DNA from: an uncultured Bacteroidota bacterium
GTDB taxonomy: Bacteria; Bacteroidota; Bacteroidia; Chitinophagales; Saprospiraceae
Assembly: GCA_903933805.1 (NCBI GenBank)
Contig: CAIZLM010000076.1
Location: forward strand, 2,377 to 66,376
DNA: 64,000 nucleotides
Reading direction: 5' to 3'
This document shows, piece by piece, positions 1 through 10,710 of the stretch (position 1 is the first letter of the stretch; each line of letters starts with the position of its first letter). The position numbers were made by a program, and so were the translations under genes. The notes under the pieces are model-generated. The model did no database searches. It was given only the letters and a program-made list of their open reading frames with translations, and was not told the origin of the DNA.

Positions 1-1052
1 TGCTTGGCGCGGGAGAGAAATTCAGAATTCTGGAATATGTGGATGATCTTTCCAAAGCGCAAGGAAAGGGAATGGTGCGCGCCGGCGATGTGCAGGCTGT
101 TAATACCTTCTCCGCCTCTTTTTCCTTCGGAGATCGGACCCGCTCCTTCTTAAAAGTGCAAGACGGCTGCGATTACAAATGTTCTTTTTGTACCATTCCA
201 CAGGCGAGGGGTGCCAGCCGGTCGGATACCGTCGAATCTGCCGTGGCCAATGCCCGTCAGATCGCCGAAATGGGTACCCGCGAAATTGTGCTCACTGGCG
301 TGAATATCGGCGATTTTGGCAATGGAACGGCGGTGATTGAAGGGACGCGACCACGCAAAGAAGCCTTGTTCGCAGACTTGGTACAGGCACTTGACCGCGT
401 GGAAACGGTCGCAAGATTCCGCATCAGCAGTATTGAACCCAACTTGTTAACCGACGAAATCATTGGTTTTGTAGCGGAGAGCCAACGTTTTATGCCGCAT
501 TTTCACCTGCCTCTACAGTCTGGTAACGACAAACAATTGCGGGAAATGCGCCGCCGATATCGCCGTGATTTGTACGCCGAACGGGTGGCTACCATCAAAC
601 GCCTCATGCCGCATGCCTGTATTGGATGTGATGTGATCGTCGGGTTTCCCGGCGAAACGGAGCAGGATTTTTTGGAAACCTATGCTTTTATTCAAAACTT
701 GGAGGTGTCGTACCTACACGTATTTACCTATTCAGAACGCGCCAATACACCCGCCGCAGAGATGGATGGGAAAGTACCCGTGGAGGAGCGCCGCCACAGA
801 AACCAAGCCCTGCGAGGGCTTTCAGAAATGAAACGACGCGCCTTCTACCAACAGCAACTGGGCACGGTGCGCCCCGTCTTGTTCGAACACCACCGCAATA
901 CAGCATGGTTGAGTGGCTTTACCGACAATTACGTGAAAATTCAAATTCCGGCCAATCAGGGCACAATAAACAGCATTAACCCAGTATTTTTAGAAAGCCT
1001 GAGCCTTGATGGGGAAACGGTAACGGCTGCTGGACTTGTCGGTGTCGAGTAG
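1..1052 (+). CDS. mtaB: MtaB/MiaB-like radical-SAM tRNA methylthiotransferase, 5' end outside window
   Basis: Frame is open from base 3. CDYKCSFCTIP is a CxxxCxxC radical-SAM cluster motif. The remainder has a MiaB/MtaB-like layout. Confidence 0.8.
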   Translation, partial: LGAGEKFRILEYVDDLSKAQGKGMVRAGDVQAVNTFSASFSFGDRTRSFLKVQDGCDYKCSFCTIPQARGASRSDTVESAVANARQIAEMGTREIVLTGVNIGDFGNGTAVIEGTRPRKEALFADLVQALDRVETVARFRISSIEPNLLTDEIIGFVAESQRFMPHFHLPLQSGNDKQLREMRRRYRRDLYAERVATIKRLMPHACIGCDVIVGFPGETEQDFLETYAFIQNLEVSYLHVFTYSERANTPAAEMDGKVPVEERRHRNQALRGLSEMKRRAFYQQQLGTVRPVLFEHHRNTAWLSGFTDNYVKIQIPANQGTINSINPVFLESLSLDGETVTAAGLVGVE

Positions 1053-1151
1053 TTTCATGCGGTAAAATAGCCCGCATTTCGCGTCCCCTGCTACAGAAAA
1101 ATGCGCCCAAATTTCATGCACCGTACGCGGCACGAACTGCCACACGGTGTA

Positions 1152-2930
1152 TCACCGAAGCAATGTCACGTCGCCCTTTCGGATCTCTTCCCGGCCATCC
1201 GGCCAACGCACCTGTACCCGATAGACATATACGTCTGAAGGGGCAGGAATGCCGTTAATGTTGCCGTCCCAACCGTTTTCGGGGTCATCGAACACCAAAC
1301 TGCCCCAGCGATTCCAAACCTGGAACTGAAGCACTTCCACGGTGGAAACAATCGGGCCAAACTGGTCATTCGCCTGGTCGCCGTTGGGCGTGAATGCATT
1401 TGGCATGTTGAAGCTAATCTTTACCACATCCACGGTGAAGGACACGGTGTCTGCACAACCAAAGACATCCTTTACCACGAGCGTATAGTCGCCATCTTCA
1501 AGCATGGTGGCGATGGAGTCGGTCTGCCCGCTGCTCCAATTGTACAGCAATGGGCCAAAGGCGTTTTCCACCACAGCGGTGGCCTGTTGGCAAGTGGTAT
1601 CCGGCAAACAGTCGGGCCCCAGTACCACCGACGCCTCGATCGTACAGCAGGAATCAACCAAAATGTCTAACTGTGTTTGTACCGTACAACCTGTGCTTGT
1701 GTGGATGATGAGGTCAACAGTTTTTAGCCCCTTGTTGAGGTAACGGATCGTATGAGGCCCTTCCGTGGTGTCGCTAAAAGGCGTTGCATTGAGGCCGAAG
1801 GACCACTGCCAGCCATCAATAAAGCCACTCGAGACGAGGCTGGTATCGGTGAACGAGATGGGTGCTCCCAAGCAAACAACGTTGTCGGCATCGTCGCTCG
1901 TGAAACCAATGGCAGGACCTGCAAATTCAGCAGTTCCACCCCAGTCTATGGTAAAACCGTTTCCGGATGCCGTAAAATTGTTGACAGACAGCGCGTACGT
2001 TGCGCCGGCCGTTATATCCATATACCGCAGGAAGTTATCGGCTCCGGGAGCACAATCGGGCGGCTGACTGAGGTCAGTCGCCACGGTATTAAGTCCTGTT
2101 GGGCCGTAGCACCCGGAGACTGGATCAACGCTACCAGCGGCCATACAGCGCTCCAAAATTTTACCGGTACAATCTCCAGGTCCGTTGGGCAATCGATAGA
2201 CCATGAAGTCAAGATCATCGCTGATGTTGGAAGGATTCAGGGTGAATTCCAACGTGCCATTGGTGGCTGCCGTGAAGGTAAACCAAGAGGAATTAAATTC
2301 TCCGGGGAACCCGTTGAGACAGGTGGCATCGCTCCACTCATTGGGATTATCGCCCGGGCCTGCTACAAACTGGATCGCCCGCGACTGCTTGTCGCAAACG
2401 ACAATGGCGGTGGGGCAATCGCCAGTAATCACGGTTTCCAAATTGTTGTGTTGCATACACAGTTGGAACGTGCCTGGTGTCAGCGAACCGATGCGGATAA
2501 AATATGTCTGACCCTGCACAAGGTTGGCCACTTGCAATTTCTGATAAGGTGCTGGTTGTACGTTGGACGCACAACCGATTTCTGTCAGCGCATTGGGGCA
2601 GTCTCCAGTGTACAAGGCGATGGAGGGGGCTTGCATGGATGAAAAGATTGACTCAAAAACAAAAATATTCACCGATGAAAAAGCAGCCTCGAAACGGTAC
2701 CAAACATCGTTGTTAACAGGGGGAAAGCAACTAGGCGCTGTGACGGCGCTTGCCGTGGCTTGAATATTGCTTTCCCCATCAGGGTCAGAACAATAATTGG
2801 TGGGGTCGGAAATTATGGTGGCTGTGTTGCAATCATCGTTTGGTACCACCTGAGCCTGCGTATTGGAGCAGATAAGGAAGAGGAGTACTAGCAGCGGGAA
2901 AACACGCCACACTATTGTTGTTTTGTTCAT
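1152..2930 (-). CDS. secreted protein with T9SS type-B (gliding-motility-associated, CHU_C-like) C-terminal domain
   Basis: Start moved to MNKTTIVWRVFPLLVLLFLICSNTQAQ (signal peptide). C-terminus NAFTPNGDQANDQF...WNRWGSLVF...GWDG...YVYRV is the type-B sorting-domain pattern. Confidence 0.8.
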   Translation of the reverse strand: MNKTTIVWRVFPLLVLLFLICSNTQAQVVPNDDCNTATIISDPTNYCSDPDGESNIQATASAVTAPSCFPPVNNDVWYRFEAAFSSVNIFVFESIFSSMQAPSIALYTGDCPNALTEIGCASNVQPAPYQKLQVANLVQGQTYFIRIGSLTPGTFQLCMQHNNLETVITGDCPTAIVVCDKQSRAIQFVAGPGDNPNEWSDATCLNGFPGEFNSSWFTFTAATNGTLEFTLNPSNISDDLDFMVYRLPNGPGDCTGKILERCMAAGSVDPVSGCYGPTGLNTVATDLSQPPDCAPGADNFLRYMDITAGATYALSVNNFTASGNGFTIDWGGTAEFAGPAIGFTSDDADNVVCLGAPISFTDTSLVSSGFIDGWQWSFGLNATPFSDTTEGPHTIRYLNKGLKTVDLIIHTSTGCTVQTQLDILVDSCCTIEASVVLGPDCLPDTTCQQATAVVENAFGPLLYNWSSGQTDSIATMLEDGDYTLVVKDVFGCADTVSFTVDVVKISFNMPNAFTPNGDQANDQFGPIVSTVEVLQFQVWNRWGSLVFDDPENGWDGNINGIPAPSDVYVYRVQVRWPDGREEIRKGDVTLLR

Positions 2931-3082
2931 AATACTTGGCACGCTCGTAATGTTAGGTGAACACACTTTACGGTGCAATTAACAGTATTCTGAAAATAAA
3001 GACAAATTTTTGTTTCGAAAAAATTTGCGGTCTTTGAAAGGTTAAAGAAAAGAATGGCGAAAAGTACCGTATCCTGGGCTGA

Positions 3083-3643
3083 TTATCCTGCGTATAATTT
3101 CAGGCAGTTGTTACAAAGGCAAGTGGTGCCAAATTGTCGGGTAAGTGTTTCCCGTGTCGCAGGATGGAGTGTGGTAAGGGTATTACACCAGCAGGTATCG
3201 TCTTGGTAGCACAACAATTCCCGTTGGCAACGGGGGCACCGTGAGACAAAATCTTGTTCGTCTTCTACCCATGCTGCTGCGGCTTGCCCGCCAATGGCTG
3301 GATGCTTTTCTGACACCTGCATACGCCCAAAAATGGGAGGATTCACTTTCTTTACCCGAACCCTGACGGCTTTCATCGAGGGGAATTGGTGTTTCAGTTG
3401 CCGGATAATGCTGGTGACAATGGTTTCGAGTAATTTTCGAGGTTTGGCCATTTCAACAAGACAAATTTGAAACACCGTTTCATAATTGACGTGGGTGTTG
3501 GCTAGGCTATCGTTTGCGGCGGCGGCTGCGATTCCGGTGCTGACATACACATCCACTATGTACGCGCCGCCCAGTATTTGTTCCGCTTCGTAAACGCCGT
3601 GGAAGGCGTGAAAACGCATACCTTCGAGTGCAATCCAAGCCAT
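3083..3643 (-). CDS. folB: dihydroneopterin aldolase fused to a C-terminal cysteine-rich CWC-type domain
   Basis: N-terminal ~120 aa (MAWIALEGMRFHAFHGVYEAEQILGG...) is FolB-like. The tail CPRCQRELLCYQDDTCWCN...CLCNNCL matches the Cys-rich CWC pattern. Confidence 0.8.
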   Translation of the reverse strand: MAWIALEGMRFHAFHGVYEAEQILGGAYIVDVYVSTGIAAAAANDSLANTHVNYETVFQICLVEMAKPRKLLETIVTSIIRQLKHQFPSMKAVRVRVKKVNPPIFGRMQVSEKHPAIGGQAAAAWVEDEQDFVSRCPRCQRELLCYQDDTCWCNTLTTLHPATRETLTRQFGTTCLCNNCLKLYAG

Positions 3644-3672
3644 GGGGAGAGCGGTTTAGGGTTTGAAATAAA

Positions 3673-3831
3673 GTAATTGGTTGGGTGGCACGCTGTTTGG
3701 GCCCAAAAGGCCCATTATTGCCATACTTCGCAGGTTTTTTTGACCGTAGTGGTGCTATGTCCTGCAAAATTCCGCTTTGTCTGGCAATAATGGCCACTTT
3801 TTTTCTAAGGAGCGACTACCTAACCGGGTAC
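3673..3831 (+). mobile_element. MITE-like element, full length, slightly degenerate ends
   Basis: gtaattggttgggtggcacgctgtttgg ... aatggccacttttttt...ctaaccgggtac. Confidence 0.8.
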
Positions 3832-3866
3832 AGAAAACAGGGTAAAAAAGATGTATTGGGCACAGG

Positions 3867-4607
3867 TTATTGGTTTTCAAAGGCAAATGAGGCAGCACCG
3901 ATGATGCCGGCATTGTTGAGCAGCTTGGCCGGCACAATGCGGGCTGTGGTGTGTAATTGGTCTTTGAACTGCTCGAATAATTTACTTTCGCCGCCGCCCA
4001 GGATAAACAAGTCAGGAGAGAACAGCAATTCTAAATGCAGGAGATATTCATTGAAACGATCGGCCCACTCTTTTCGGCTTATTTTTAACCGTGAGCGGGC
4101 GCCGGAAGAACACCACTGTTCTGCCGCCTTGCCATTTTTCCACAATACATGTCCCAATTCTGTGTTGGGTATCAACACGCCGTTGTAAAAAAGGGCGCTC
4201 CCCAATCCTGTACCGATGGTGATGAGCAAAACGAGCCCTTGCTCGTTGCGGCCTCTGCCAAACCGCATTTCAGCTACGCCAGCGGCATCTGCATCATTGG
4301 TTACGAACACAGGGCATTTACAGGCATCCCCAAATACGGCACGCACGTCTGTGCCGATCCAACTGCTGTCGATGTTTGCAGCGGAACAGGCTATCCCGTT
4401 TTTTACAATGGATGGGAATCCACAGCCTACGGGGCCCTTGTAATCAAAGAATCGCACGATTTCAGCAAAGGCTTCGGCCATTGCTGTTGGTGTGGCTGGA
4501 TGCGGCGTAGGTACTCTGTATCGTTCCCCGGAAAGTTGTCCTTTCTCCAAACTAACCAGTGCTCCCTTGATACCGGAAGCGCCTACGTCTATTCCAAGTG
4601 TCGTCAT
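3867..4607 (-). CDS. ppgK: polyphosphate glucokinase (short ROK family)
   Basis: [18 protein letters not shown]-binding start, [27 protein letters not shown], and ~245 aa length typical of PpgK. Confidence 0.8.
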   Translation of the reverse strand: MTTLGIDVGASGIKGALVSLEKGQLSGERYRVPTPHPATPTAMAEAFAEIVRFFDYKGPVGCGFPSIVKNGIACSAANIDSSWIGTDVRAVFGDACKCPVFVTNDADAAGVAEMRFGRGRNEQGLVLLITIGTGLGSALFYNGVLIPNTELGHVLWKNGKAAEQWCSSGARSRLKISRKEWADRFNEYLLHLELLFSPDLFILGGGESKLFEQFKDQLHTTARIVPAKLLNNAGIIGAASFAFENQ

Positions 4608-4643
4608 GTGTTGATAATTCAGAGGTTATAAGGACGGTATGTA

Positions 4644-5738
4644 CTAATATTCTGGGATAACGCCGTCAACTTCGTCTTCGCCGGTTTCACTGATCAACGA
4701 TTTCTGTTTGCGCCTTTCGAGGGAATTGGCGTGCATGTCGACGTATTCGTTGCGGTTGTGTACAATGTCGGCGGCCAGGTATAGGGCTTTGATAAAAGAC
4801 ATTTCATCGGCTTCGCCTTTTCCGGCGATGTCGTAGGCGGTACCGTGGTCAGGGGAAGTACGCACGGCACGCAACCCTGCGGTGTAGTTCACACCTGCTC
4901 CAAAAGACAGTGCTTTGAAAGGTACAAGCCCTTGGTCGTGGTACATGGCGAGTACGCCGTCAAATTTGTGGTGTTGTCCGGCGCCGAAAAATCCGTCGGC
5001 AGGGTAGGGGCCATACACCAAAATACCTTTTGCTTTGGCTTCTTCAATGGCGGGACGAATGATCTTATCCTCTTCATTGCCAATGGTACCCTCATCGCCG
5101 GCGTGTGGGTTGAGGCCCAAAACTGCAATGGTGGGTCGTTCAACGTTGAAGTCGATTTTGAGGGTTTCGGCAAGGATTAGAATTTTTCGGAGTACTTTTT
5201 CTTGGGTCACGGCTGCTGCCACCTCGCGCAGGGGCAAATGGTTGGTCACGATGCCAACCCGAAGCGAGTCGGATACCATCAGCATGAGCGTGTCTTTTGC
5301 ATTAAATTCAGCGCTGAGGTATTCTGTGTGGCCGACATGCTGAAAACCGGCCATTTTCATGGCTTTTTTGTTGATGGGAGCAGTAACCAAGGCGTCGAGT
5401 TGTCCGCTTTTCAGGTCTCTGACAGCGGCAGCGAGCGCGTCCATGGCACATTTTCCACCGACTTCATTGGGCTTGCCCAACGTGATGTTCACGGTGTCAG
5501 TCCAGCAGTTGATGATGTTGATGCGGCCTGGCAGCGCTTCAGAGGGTTTGGCGATGGTGTGGAATTGTACGTTGTCTTCAGAGATGACGTTTTTATGGTA
5601 GGCCACAACTTTGGCATTGCCGTAAATGACCAATTTAAATTTCTCGCCGGCTTTTTTGATGGTCAAAGCTTTGAGAACGACTTCCAGGCCAATGCCATTG
5701 ATGTCGCCGCAGGATATTCCAATGGTAATATTGTTCAT
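4644..5738 (-). CDS. pdxA: 4-hydroxythreonine-4-phosphate dehydrogenase
   Basis: Full-length PdxA-like sequence (ITIGISCGDINGIGLEV..., GLNPHAGDEG, TSPDHGTAYDIAGKG). Confidence 0.85.
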   Translation of the reverse strand: MNNITIGISCGDINGIGLEVVLKALTIKKAGEKFKLVIYGNAKVVAYHKNVISEDNVQFHTIAKPSEALPGRINIINCWTDTVNITLGKPNEVGGKCAMDALAAAVRDLKSGQLDALVTAPINKKAMKMAGFQHVGHTEYLSAEFNAKDTLMLMVSDSLRVGIVTNHLPLREVAAAVTQEKVLRKILILAETLKIDFNVERPTIAVLGLNPHAGDEGTIGNEEDKIIRPAIEEAKAKGILVYGPYPADGFFGAGQHHKFDGVLAMYHDQGLVPFKALSFGAGVNYTAGLRAVRTSPDHGTAYDIAGKGEADEMSFIKALYLAADIVHNRNEYVDMHANSLERRKQKSLISETGEDEVDGVIPEY

Positions 5739-5812
5739 GTATCTTGCTTGTTCAAGGATGCGTCATGTTATTTTGCAATCTCGGCATCTTTGTGTTTAGA
5801 GGTATTGTTTTT

Positions 5813-5940
5813 GTAACCAGATTAGGTGGCACGCTGTTTGGCCCAAAAAGGCCTGTTTTATTGACTGTAGGCCATAAAAAATCGCTTCTTCTCGCAAAAA
5901 GTGGCCATTTTTTGTCGCTGTATTGACTACCTAAATAGTC
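5813..5940 (+). mobile_element. MITE-like element, internally shortened and degenerate
   Basis: gtaaccagattaggtggcacgctgtttggcccaaaaaggcc ... gtggccattttttgtc...ctaaatagtc. Overlaps the pepA stop codon. Confidence 0.65.
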
Positions 5941-7373
5941 GCATGTTTTTTCAAAAAATCAAACAACAACCGGACCCCCACACCGGTACCTTCCTTGGTG
6001 CGGTAGCCATTGGCGGCACGAAGGTACGCAGGACCTGCGATGTCGAGGTGTAACCAAGGAAACTTGGTAAAGTGTTCTAAGAATTTTCCGGCGGTAATCA
6101 TGCCGGCATTGCTGGAGCCGAGGTTTTTCAGATCCGCGATGTTGCTTTTCAGGTCGTCGCCGAATTCTTTCCAAAGCGGCAGTTCTACGAGTCGTTCGTA
6201 GGTGGCAAAGCCACTATTTTCCAGTTGTTTTTTCACGTGTTCCGGCGCTGTTCCCATGTAACATATTACCTGAGTCCCCAAGGCTTTTACAGCTGATCCT
6301 GTCAAAGTTGCCAGATCCAGCACGAGTTCAGGGTCGTATTTCTGAGCGAAATGTAAGGCGTCGGCGAGTATCAGTCGTCCCTCAGCATCGGTATTAACCA
6401 CCTCTACCGTGGTCCCGGAACCCATGGTGATTACATCGCCTGGCGAAAGCGCACGCTCTCCAATTTTATTGTCAGTGGCGGGGATAAGTCCGATAAGGTG
6501 TAGTGGCATGCCAGTTTTTGCGGCGGCGGCCAGCGTGCCCACCACTGCGGCGGCGCCGGCCATGTCACATTTCATATAGGCCATCCCATCGGATGGTTTC
6601 AGGCTTAGGCCACCAGTATCGTAAACAACGCCTTTGCCCACCAAAACGATGGGCTTGGTATTTCGGGCGCCTTCCGGCTTCCATTCCAGTACACAAAACT
6701 GCGGCGGTACGGTGCTGGCCTGGTTGACGGCCAACAGCCCACCCATTTTAAGGGCCTCAATTTTTTCTTTCCCCAATACATCGACGGAAAACCCAAACGT
6801 CTCGCCGGCTGCAACAACCGCTTCTGCCAGGTGAACAGCGTTGAGATGAGAATGCGGCTCGTTGACAAGGTCACGGGCAAGAAAGACGGCCTCCAGTACA
6901 GTGTTTGTTTCCCGTATGTCGGCATCTGGAATGGCGGTGTTTTCCAACCGTATTTCCCGCAGTATTTTTTCCTTTTTCGAAGGCTTGGAAAAATATTTCA
7001 AAAACTGGTAGCTACCCAATGCCATTCCCTCTGCAAACGACAGGGAAAAATCCTGTTGACATAGGTTTCGAATGGTGACGGAATCCAGTTTGTACTGCCG
7101 AACCTCTCGCAACAAATCGTTGCCAGCCAAACGCACTTCTTCACGCGCCACAGCAGCATCACGATCAGGCTTGAACAACCGAACAAACACAACACTTTCA
7201 GCACGGGGGAAAAAAAAATTGGAAACATCCAATGTTGCGGCTCGTCTAAGAAAGGCCGACTCGTGCGGCGCCAAATGCGCATCCAGCGCATCCAACTTGT
7301 CCTTGTCGGCAAGCACAACAAGGTTATCAGAAGTGCCGGCAGACTGGACTGTGGTAAGTTGTACTCGTTTCAC
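5931..7373 (-). CDS. pepA: leucyl aminopeptidase, M17 family
   Basis: VGKGVVYDTGGLSLKP and NTDAEGRLILADAL motifs. Confidence 0.85.
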   Translation of the reverse strand: MKRVQLTTVQSAGTSDNLVVLADKDKLDALDAHLAPHESAFLRRAATLDVSNFFFPRAESVVFVRLFKPDRDAAVAREEVRLAGNDLLREVRQYKLDSVTIRNLCQQDFSLSFAEGMALGSYQFLKYFSKPSKKEKILREIRLENTAIPDADIRETNTVLEAVFLARDLVNEPHSHLNAVHLAEAVVAAGETFGFSVDVLGKEKIEALKMGGLLAVNQASTVPPQFCVLEWKPEGARNTKPIVLVGKGVVYDTGGLSLKPSDGMAYMKCDMAGAAAVVGTLAAAAKTGMPLHLIGLIPATDNKIGERALSPGDVITMGSGTTVEVVNTDAEGRLILADALHFAQKYDPELVLDLATLTGSAVKALGTQVICYMGTAPEHVKKQLENSGFATYERLVELPLWKEFGDDLKSNIADLKNLGSSNAGMITAGKFLEHFTKFPWLHLDIAGPAYLRAANGYRTKEGTGVGVRLLFDFLKKHATI

Positions 7374-7734
7374 GGAGCTGAGGGATGATTATAGACAAAG
7401 AGATTTACCAATAGGAGCGCCTGTTCGCAGCCTATAAACTGCCAGCAAGGAACTCGTCACCAAGCAAAGGTAGTCCTTCTTTGGTTTTTTTTTTCTAAAA
7501 TGTGTAAGCCGTATGGCCGCTCCAAAATGATTATTCCAGGAGATGCCGCTACCTTCGCCACCTTTCGCAGCGGTGCGCCATGCTTGTGCGTGCTATTGCC
7601 CGAATATTCGGAACCAGTACACCGTTGAAAGCGCTTGCCAACTCAAGATACTTTTGGGTAGGCAGGTGTCATTCGGAAATGCTAACTTTGCCTAATTATC
7701 CACCCAACAACAGCCCAACTAGTCCGGTGCTTCC

Positions 7735-10671
7735 ATGGAAAAAAAACTCTTCCTGCTTGACGGTCACGCGCTTATTTACCGCGCCCATTTTGCATTTATT
7801 ACCAGGCCGTTGCTCAATTCGAAGGGCTGGAATGTCTCGGCCGTTCAAGGTTTTATGCGCACCATGTGGGACATGATGCAAAACCAAAAACCCACGCACA
7901 TCGCCGTGGTATTCGACCCGAAGGGCGGTAATTTTCGCCACGAAAGATTTGAAGCCTACAAGGCCAATCGGGAAGCGCAACCGGAAGACATCACCTTTGG
8001 AATTCCATGGGTCGAACGCATCGTTCGTGCCATGAATGTCCCCGTGGTTTGTATTCCCAATTACGAAGCCGATGACGTGATTGGCACCCTCGCCAAACAA
8101 GCCGAAAAAGAAGGTTTTACAACGTATATGGTCACACCTGACAAAGATTTTGGCCAATTGGTGTCGGATAATATTTTTCTTTACAAACCCGGACGGCAGG
8201 GGAATGACGTTGAAATTTGGGGTAAAAAAGAGGTCTGCGAACGTTGGGGTATTCGCCGCGTAGAACAAGTCATTGATATGCTTGGCCTCATGGGCGATGC
8301 CGTCGATAATATTCCCGGACTTCCCGGTATTGGCGAAAAAACAGCCACCAAACTGCTGCAAGAATACGACAATGTCGAAAATCTGATTGCCAACGTGGAT
8401 AAGCTCAAAGGCAAACAGCAGGAGATCGTCAGAACACACCATAAACAAGCCACAGAATCCAAATGGCTCGCCACCATAGATACCAATGCGCCCATTCAAT
8501 TTGACGATAAAAAATTTGAAATTGAACCGTTCAACCGCGAAGCACTGATCGAAATTTTCAATGAATTGGAATTTCGCAGTTTGGCCGATACCATCCTGAA
8601 ACACACCCTCGCCTTGCCTCCTATCGCGCAAGAACCAGAAAAAGAAGGGCGGGTGCCGGCACCAATCGCCAAAGGGAAAACAAAATCGGTCAGTACCGGA
8701 GCGGGTACCCAAGGGAGTCTTTTTGATACACCGGATGGCGCTGACGATGCTGAACCTCACGCAGCACTCGGGTCTGCTGAAAGCCAGCATTACGCGCATG
8801 GAACCAAGCAAGATGCCGGATCCTCTGGTCAGGCACCCACGCATGGCTCGCACAATATCCACAACACAGCGCACACGTACCACCTAGCAGATACGCTGGA
8901 AAAAAGATCCAGTCTTATTGGTCTCCTCGGAAAGGCATCGACCATTTCGTATGATTCCGAAACCACAGCGCTCGATGCTACCCAAGCGGATCTGGTTGGC
9001 TTCTCTTTTGCTGTCAGCACCTATGAAGCGTGGTACGTGCCCATTCCCACAAACCGCACCGAAGCCCAATCCATCGTCGAGGAATTCAGGCCCATTTTTG
9101 AAAATGAAGCCATCCCAAAAATTGGTCAAAACCTTAAATACGATGCAATTGTCCTGAAAAACTACGACTGCGAACTCCAAGGAGCGTATTGGGATACGAT
9201 GCTCGCACATTACCTCTTGGAACCAGAACTCCGCCACAATATGAACTATATGGCGGAAACTTTGCTGAATTATACGCCTGTAAAAATTGAAGAACTCATT
9301 GGGCCAAAAGGCCCAAAACAGCGTAAAATGAGTGAGGTGGCACTCGAAATCATCAAGGAATATGCTGCGGAAGATGCCGATATTACCCTGAGGCTCCGAG
9401 ATGTATTGAAGCCAAAGCTCGAGGAGGGCGGCCCTGTGCTCGTCAAATTGTTTCGGGAAGTTGAATGCCCGCTCGTAAAAGTACTCGCTGACATTGAACA
9501 TGCCGGCGTACGCATAGACCCTGTCTTCCTACGAGCATATTCGGTTGAACTGGCAGGTCAAATCGTCTCACTGGAAGAAAAAATTCTGGCCCAGGCCGGT
9601 TTTCAATTCAATATTGCCAGTCCCAAACAAGTGGGTGAAATGCTGTTTGATCAACTGAAGGTGCCCTATCCCGGCAAAAAAATGAAATCGGGACAATACT
9701 CGACAGACGAGGAAGTGCTTTCGCAACTGGCGCTAAAATACCCCATCTGCGCTGATATCCTGGGACACCGGGGGTTGATGAAACTGAAATCTACGTACGT
9801 GGACGCTTTGCCCGCATTGATCAATCCGCGCACCGGACGGGTGCACTCGTCGTTCAACCAAGCGCTCGTCGCCTCAGGTCGCCTCAGCAGCCAAAATCCA
9901 AATCTCCAGAATATCCCCGTCCGCACCGCGGAAGGTCGTAAGGTCCGGGAGGCGTTTATTCCGCGCGATGAAGACCACGTGTTGCTCTCAGCCGACTATT
10001 CACAAATTGAACTGCGACTGATCGCGGAAATCAGCGGCGATGAAGCCATGTTGGACGCCTTCCAGCAGCGTCTCGATATCCACACAGCCACTGCTGCCCG
10101 CGTGTTTGGTGTCCCACTCGACCAAGTGAATGGCGACCAACGACGGGCCGCCAAAACGGTCAATTTCAGCATCATCTACGGCGCCGGCGCCAGCAACCTG
10201 AGCCAGCAACTCGGCATCAAACGCGCCGAAGCAAAAGAACTCATAGACAACTACTTCAGCCAATATCCCGGTCTGAAACACTATATGTCCAATATTGTCG
10301 AAACAGCCAGAAAACAAGGGTATGTGGAAACAATACTTGGCCGACGCCGTTACCTGCGCGACATCAACTCTGGCAACGGTATGATGCGTTCCATGAGCGA
10401 ACGCATGGCAGTCAATACCCCCATTCAAGGGTCTGCGGCCGACTTGATCAAAGTATCCATGGTGAATATCCGACAGGCCATGCGCGAGGGAGGGTTTCGG
10501 TCACAAATGATTCTTCAAGTACACGACGAACTCCTGTTTGATGCCAGAAAAGATGAATTGGAACGCCTTAAACCGATTATTTTTGATAAAATGACAACTG
10601 CTCTCCCCCATTTGAAAGTGCCCATTCTCGTGGAGATAGGCGTTGGAAACAATTGGCTGGAGGCACATTAA
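7735..10671 (+). CDS. polA: DNA polymerase I
   Basis: 5'-nuclease N-terminus (LFLLDGHALIYRAHFAF), 3'-5' exonuclease region and family-A polymerase motifs (DYSQIELR, QVHDELLF). Confidence 0.95.
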   Translation: MEKKLFLLDGHALIYRAHFAFITRPLLNSKGWNVSAVQGFMRTMWDMMQNQKPTHIAVVFDPKGGNFRHERFEAYKANREAQPEDITFGIPWVERIVRAMNVPVVCIPNYEADDVIGTLAKQAEKEGFTTYMVTPDKDFGQLVSDNIFLYKPGRQGNDVEIWGKKEVCERWGIRRVEQVIDMLGLMGDAVDNIPGLPGIGEKTATKLLQEYDNVENLIANVDKLKGKQQEIVRTHHKQATESKWLATIDTNAPIQFDDKKFEIEPFNREALIEIFNELEFRSLADTILKHTLALPPIAQEPEKEGRVPAPIAKGKTKSVSTGAGTQGSLFDTPDGADDAEPHAALGSAESQHYAHGTKQDAGSSGQAPTHGSHNIHNTAHTYHLADTLEKRSSLIGLLGKASTISYDSETTALDATQADLVGFSFAVSTYEAWYVPIPTNRTEAQSIVEEFRPIFENEAIPKIGQNLKYDAIVLKNYDCELQGAYWDTMLAHYLLEPELRHNMNYMAETLLNYTPVKIEELIGPKGPKQRKMSEVALEIIKEYAAEDADITLRLRDVLKPKLEEGGPVLVKLFREVECPLVKVLADIEHAGVRIDPVFLRAYSVELAGQIVSLEEKILAQAGFQFNIASPKQVGEMLFDQLKVPYPGKKMKSGQYSTDEEVLSQLALKYPICADILGHRGLMKLKSTYVDALPALINPRTGRVHSSFNQALVASGRLSSQNPNLQNIPVRTAEGRKVREAFIPRDEDHVLLSADYSQIELRLIAEISGDEAMLDAFQQRLDIHTATAARVFGVPLDQVNGDQRRAAKTVNFSIIYGAGASNLSQQLGIKRAEAKELIDNYFSQYPGLKHYMSNIVETARKQGYVETILGRRRYLRDINSGNGMMRSMSERMAVNTPIQGSAADLIKVSMVNIRQAMREGGFRSQMILQVHDELLFDARKDELERLKPIIFDKMTTALPHLKVPILVEIGVGNNWLEAH

Positions 10672-10710
10672 TGTTACAAATTTTGGCTGGCTGACTACAA
10701 TAAATTTTTT

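Noticed and set aside
1752-2642. 296-aa ORF antisense to the type-B CTD protein gene
   Set aside because: Shadow ORF opposite a gene with a clear signal peptide and sorting domain. No motifs of its own.
7199-7215. G5A9 homopolymer tract inside pepA (encodes NFFFP) as a slipped-strand phase-variation site
   Set aside because: The frame is intact, and this is a housekeeping gene with no reason for phase variation. It is a single tract without supporting evidence.
7455-7497. Possible orphan terminator (interrupted hairpin ccaag-caaagg...cctt-c-tttgg plus T10) in the pepA-polA divergent spacer
   Set aside because: The stem is short and interrupted, and no upstream plus-strand gene exists. The T-run alone is not evidence.
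7696-8883. 395-aa ORF antisense to polA
   Set aside because: It lies entirely within the confidently identified polA frame. Its composition is low-complexity and Phe/Gly/Arg-rich, and no family motif is present. This is a typical shadow ORF.
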